Source: Camelus dromedarius
Lineage: Eukaryota
DNA length: 64,000 nucleotides
Direction: 5' to 3'
Assembly (NCBI RefSeq): GCF_036321535.1
Contig: NC_087437.1
Span: forward strand, 37,016,001-37,080,000
The notes beneath the pieces were generated by a model. It was given only the letters and a program-made list of their open reading frames with translations, searched no databases and was not told where the DNA came from. The position numbers and the translations under genes were made by a program. Positions 60,540 through 64,000 of this stretch are shown here, in pieces. Numbering within the stretch: position 1 is the first letter of the stretch; the number at the start of each line of letters is the position of its first letter.

Positions 60540-60905
60540 GCAAGTCCTGTTACCCAGGAAGCCAACTTTGAGACAGAGATTAACATGCAGTAAGTTTACT
60601 GGGAATCTCTTCAAATCAACAGGTATGGAAAGAAAGGAAGGAAACAGGACTGAATGGAGGGATGAACTGGGCTTTAGTACCTCAGTTGATCAAAACTATA
60701 CATAGTTGTGCCCCATTATGGTGAGGAGGCTGAGCACAACACTGGATACCAGTTGCCTCTGGGAAGGTAGTATGACCTTGAGTTCCTCTGAGCCCAGAGC
60801 AATTTCCAAAAGAGTTATATAGGCTGGCAAAACTCCCCACAGCTAGGGAAATGATTCCTACAATTCAAGAGGGAAACCTGGCTGATGTATAACATCAACT
60901 CAGTG
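60540..60905 (-). mobile_element. ERVL LTR (LTR16C-like)
   Basis: cccaggaagccaactttgagacagagattaacatgcagtaagtttactgggaa..atcaaca matches the recalled LTR16 end. Confidence 0.7.
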
Positions 60906-62814
60906 CATGACAGAGTTGGTTCCCTACACACACTGAGTTTTAAAATAAGGTGATTTTCCTAGTAAGGTGGTAAAATGTGTGGCTGTGTACCAATAATGTG
61001 AGACTGCTTCCCTGGCTCCTTCAGTCCCTGCTGCCCAATTTCAGCCCCTCTCCCCTTCTCTCTCCAGTTCTCTTTCTTGATACTTTTCAATGTCTAAAAA
61101 TGTTTGTAGCCCAAGCCTATTTTGTTTTCTTGGTACTGTTATCTTATTCTGTTGTTTTCTTCCTCTTATTCAAACAGTTCCAGATCTCTCATACCTTGGG
61201 AACTCTGGGGTTTCTTATCTAATACTTCCTGAACACAAAATAGATTTTGTCCAAATAGCATGTGCCTGACAAGGTACAATTAATAACACCAAGGTCACAC
61301 TGCTCTCCATGACCTTCCTCTAGGTGGTTTGGTGGAAATCAGTACACAGTTACAAAACAATTCAATAAATCTCTGATGGATATCACGGGCCTTGCATATG
61401 ATGTGGGGAGACTGGGAGTTTTCTGCCTGCCTAGTTTCCACTTTGAATGAACTGTTCAGATGAACAAGAGCCTGAAGTAAACAAATCTTCCAATAATCTC
61501 TAAACTTTAGCTATTACATTTTCTCATCTACTGAAACTCTGTAAGGACTAATAGGCACAGAAATACATTTTCAATATATTTCCCCCCTTGACTGAAATTT
61601 GAAGCATTTATTAAGGAACACTGAAATAAAGATAAAGGCTCTAAAGGAACAGAAGTGAGTTGTGAGACAAAATGTGCTTTTCCCTGGGGGAGCGTGTGAG
61701 ACTCAAGCACATGAGTAATGGAGAGAGGTCACCTCTGATAGGAGGAAAAGGCTAGGCTTTCTTTAAAATGTATATTGGCAAAATGAAAAGGTACTGTCCT
61801 GCCCTCGAGGAACTTAAAATTGAGTCCAGAAAAGGGAAAATATTGAACAAAACCGAGACTTAGAAATCAACATAGAACCATTTTAAATTAAAAGACAGCC
61901 TAAATTGTGAGGTTTTTGGTGCTAAAAGAACATGAAAAGGCCATAGTGGCTTAGTTACATTCATTAACAAATCAATATCTTTCTTAATTTAATTATTTTG
62001 AATTATAGATCTTTATATATTTCTCTACTACCTTTTACATTTTGGCAGGAGGCTGAATTAATGATATGTTGCATTTATTTTACCTGTACAGTTCAGTTCC
62101 TTGAGAATCCTGAGAAGTTCAGCAAAAACTACATTGACAGATCTAATCAAGTCATGTGCCGGATACCTTTCTCTTAATGTATCTATGCTGAAGAAGAATT
62201 GAAATGGGAATTTTACTCTTAAAAGAGACAGTTCTTTCTTGAACTTTTAGATCAGCAAGCCTGAGAACAGACTGATGTTTTGTGTCAATCCAGTGGAGAT
62301 TACGTGAGAAAGGAGATTTAAATCAGTCCTTAAAATACTCAGTTCTTACGCCATTCAACATCTAAGGGTCAGAACTTGGAATAAAGAGGATACATTGAAT
62401 TGGAAACTAGATTTCAAAGGAAATCTTTTGGCTCTGGTTTATCTTTCCTTTCTAAGAAATTCACTTTAGTATTGTGTTTCTTAATGATGTCAATAACATC
62501 GGTCACTTCCACCCCTGATGGAGAGGTTAATATTAGGAAAGACAATTTTATTTGCAGAAGTAAACGATACTATACATTTTAATATGGAACATACTTGTAC
62601 TTTTAATACTTTGATAGTTATTTCATAAAATGTTTATACTATTGAACTTCTTTGTACCATACTGGAGCCTATAATATTGTTACTATTCCTTTTTCATTTA
62701 GTAAAATTATTTGAAAAAAGTAACAAAAAATGTATGTGGTGAATATTAGCATGTAAAAATTTTATTAAAATGAATGTGAACTATCTTAAATCTATATAAA
62801 ATGTATTTTAGTAA

Positions 62815-63080
62815 ACTTTATTTAATTTACTATTATGTAGTCAAAATTTCAGGAGTTTTAGAGGCACTGGGAAGCCCTAAACAAGAAGTAGAAAACACTG
62901 TCTCTACTCTTAGGAAGCCTAAATTCTAGCCAACTAGTATCACAGTTCATAGTTAAAAGAAATAGAATGTAGGAATGTGATCACCTGGGTAAAAAGAATT
63001 TGCATAAGGAGGTTACCTAAACTAGCTCAAATAAGAGGTAAGAAAGCAGGTAAGAGACATTACCAAAACACAGTCCAGCA
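62815..63080 (-). mobile_element. L2 fragment
   Basis: atttatttaatttactattatg..aggcactgggaa..ctgtctctactcttaggaagcctaaattctag. Confidence 0.6.
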
Positions 63081-64000
63081 GCAGGTAACTTAGTCAATTC
63101 AAATAGAACATTAAGAAAAAAAAGAATGAAACCCAGCAGTACGCCAATAGGGTATTTATTACCATAAGCAGAAATAGCAGCAAGACAATGGTGATTAATT
63201 TGAGATTCAATCCTATTCTGCTGAAAACGCTGCTATTTCTGCAAGCTTTATTGCATTGCTTCCACGCAATATAAAATGCTACTGTTTAAGGCAAGGGAAT
63301 TTCTGATAATTGATAAGGAGGTAAAACAAACAAGAAAAAGAGAACATTCTTGATATAAGTTGAATGTTGAAAAATAGACTTATGTTTAGAACATCTGGGG
63401 CTAGAGAAAGAAGACCTAGGTAACAAAGGCAGATAAGAAAAAAATGGTTTTTCTGAAATATATAACAATTGAAATATACCACCAATATTTAATATTTTGT
63501 TGAATTTACCATAGTGTGATGCTTTAAAAAGGAGTGACTATGTATTAATAATAAAATAGAAAATAGATTTAGATATATTTTTCAGAATTTATGACAGAAA
63601 AATATTTTATATTAATATGTGATATTGTAATTATTACCAGCAAGTAAGTCATACCAAGTGGTCAGTGCAAGGGAGAGATAAATGTATTAAGGACTAAATC
63701 AATTTTCTTTTAAATTTTAGTCTCTTTTCTTGGCAAATTGGATGATTATATATCTGTTAGGCTGAATTGAGAGTACCAACAATTACCATTATATATTTTG
63801 AATTATTTTGCTTGAAGTAATTTATGTATTTAATATTATTTTTTAAATGTTTACAATTGCTAAAGAACACAACTTGCATTTACTGAATATTGGTTTCTAC
63901 AAAGAACTGCAGATTCTCATCTTTGTGTCTCCCTCTCTTTACTTCATTTCTGGATGGGAAGCGATATGTGTCACAGGTTCAAAGTGCTGAAGGTTGGCAG

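Noticed and set aside
60897..60939. 9-bp inverted repeat aactcagtg...cactgagtt
   Set aside because: Short enough to be expected by chance in 64 kb; no supporting structure.

Overview
This is AT-rich, CpG-poor mammalian genomic DNA in which I can find no host protein-coding gene or RNA gene; every credible ORF in the track belongs to a transposable element or a microsatellite. The repeat content includes L1 3' ends of a type I associate with camelids and an internally deleted Tigger1, and I recognised no Alu, Bov-tA/BovB, PRE-1 or Can-SINE. This suggests a cetartiodactyl, probably a camelid (inference). The first 31 kb is a dense nest of elements. (i) A minus-strand ERV1 (5' LTR, tRNA-Arg PBS, leader) is split by an L1 that keeps both ends but has an internal deletion. 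(ii) A two-LTR gammaretrovirus-like provirus (9761-16462) carries decayed gag-pro-pol and only the tail of env. (iii) A solo LTR sits in an L2. (iv) A second two-LTR env-less provirus (20911-30132, ACAC TSD) sits inside an old L1 5' end, and its U5/PBS/gag/pro region has been replaced by a 5.2-kb L1. The stretch 31.8-37.3 kb is repeat-poor and holds enhancer-like motif clusters and a ~100-nt hairpin. The right half holds a very young L1 fragment, a local 110-bp duplication, MER2/Tigger1/MER5 elements, a ~1.7-kb hAT-Charlie transposase fossil and a two-LTR MLT1 provirus interrupted by an L1. I found no clear-cut novel system. The best leads are TE-structural events and candidate conserved non-coding elements. 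Family names come from memory of consensus sequences and need confirmation with Dfam/RepeatMasker.
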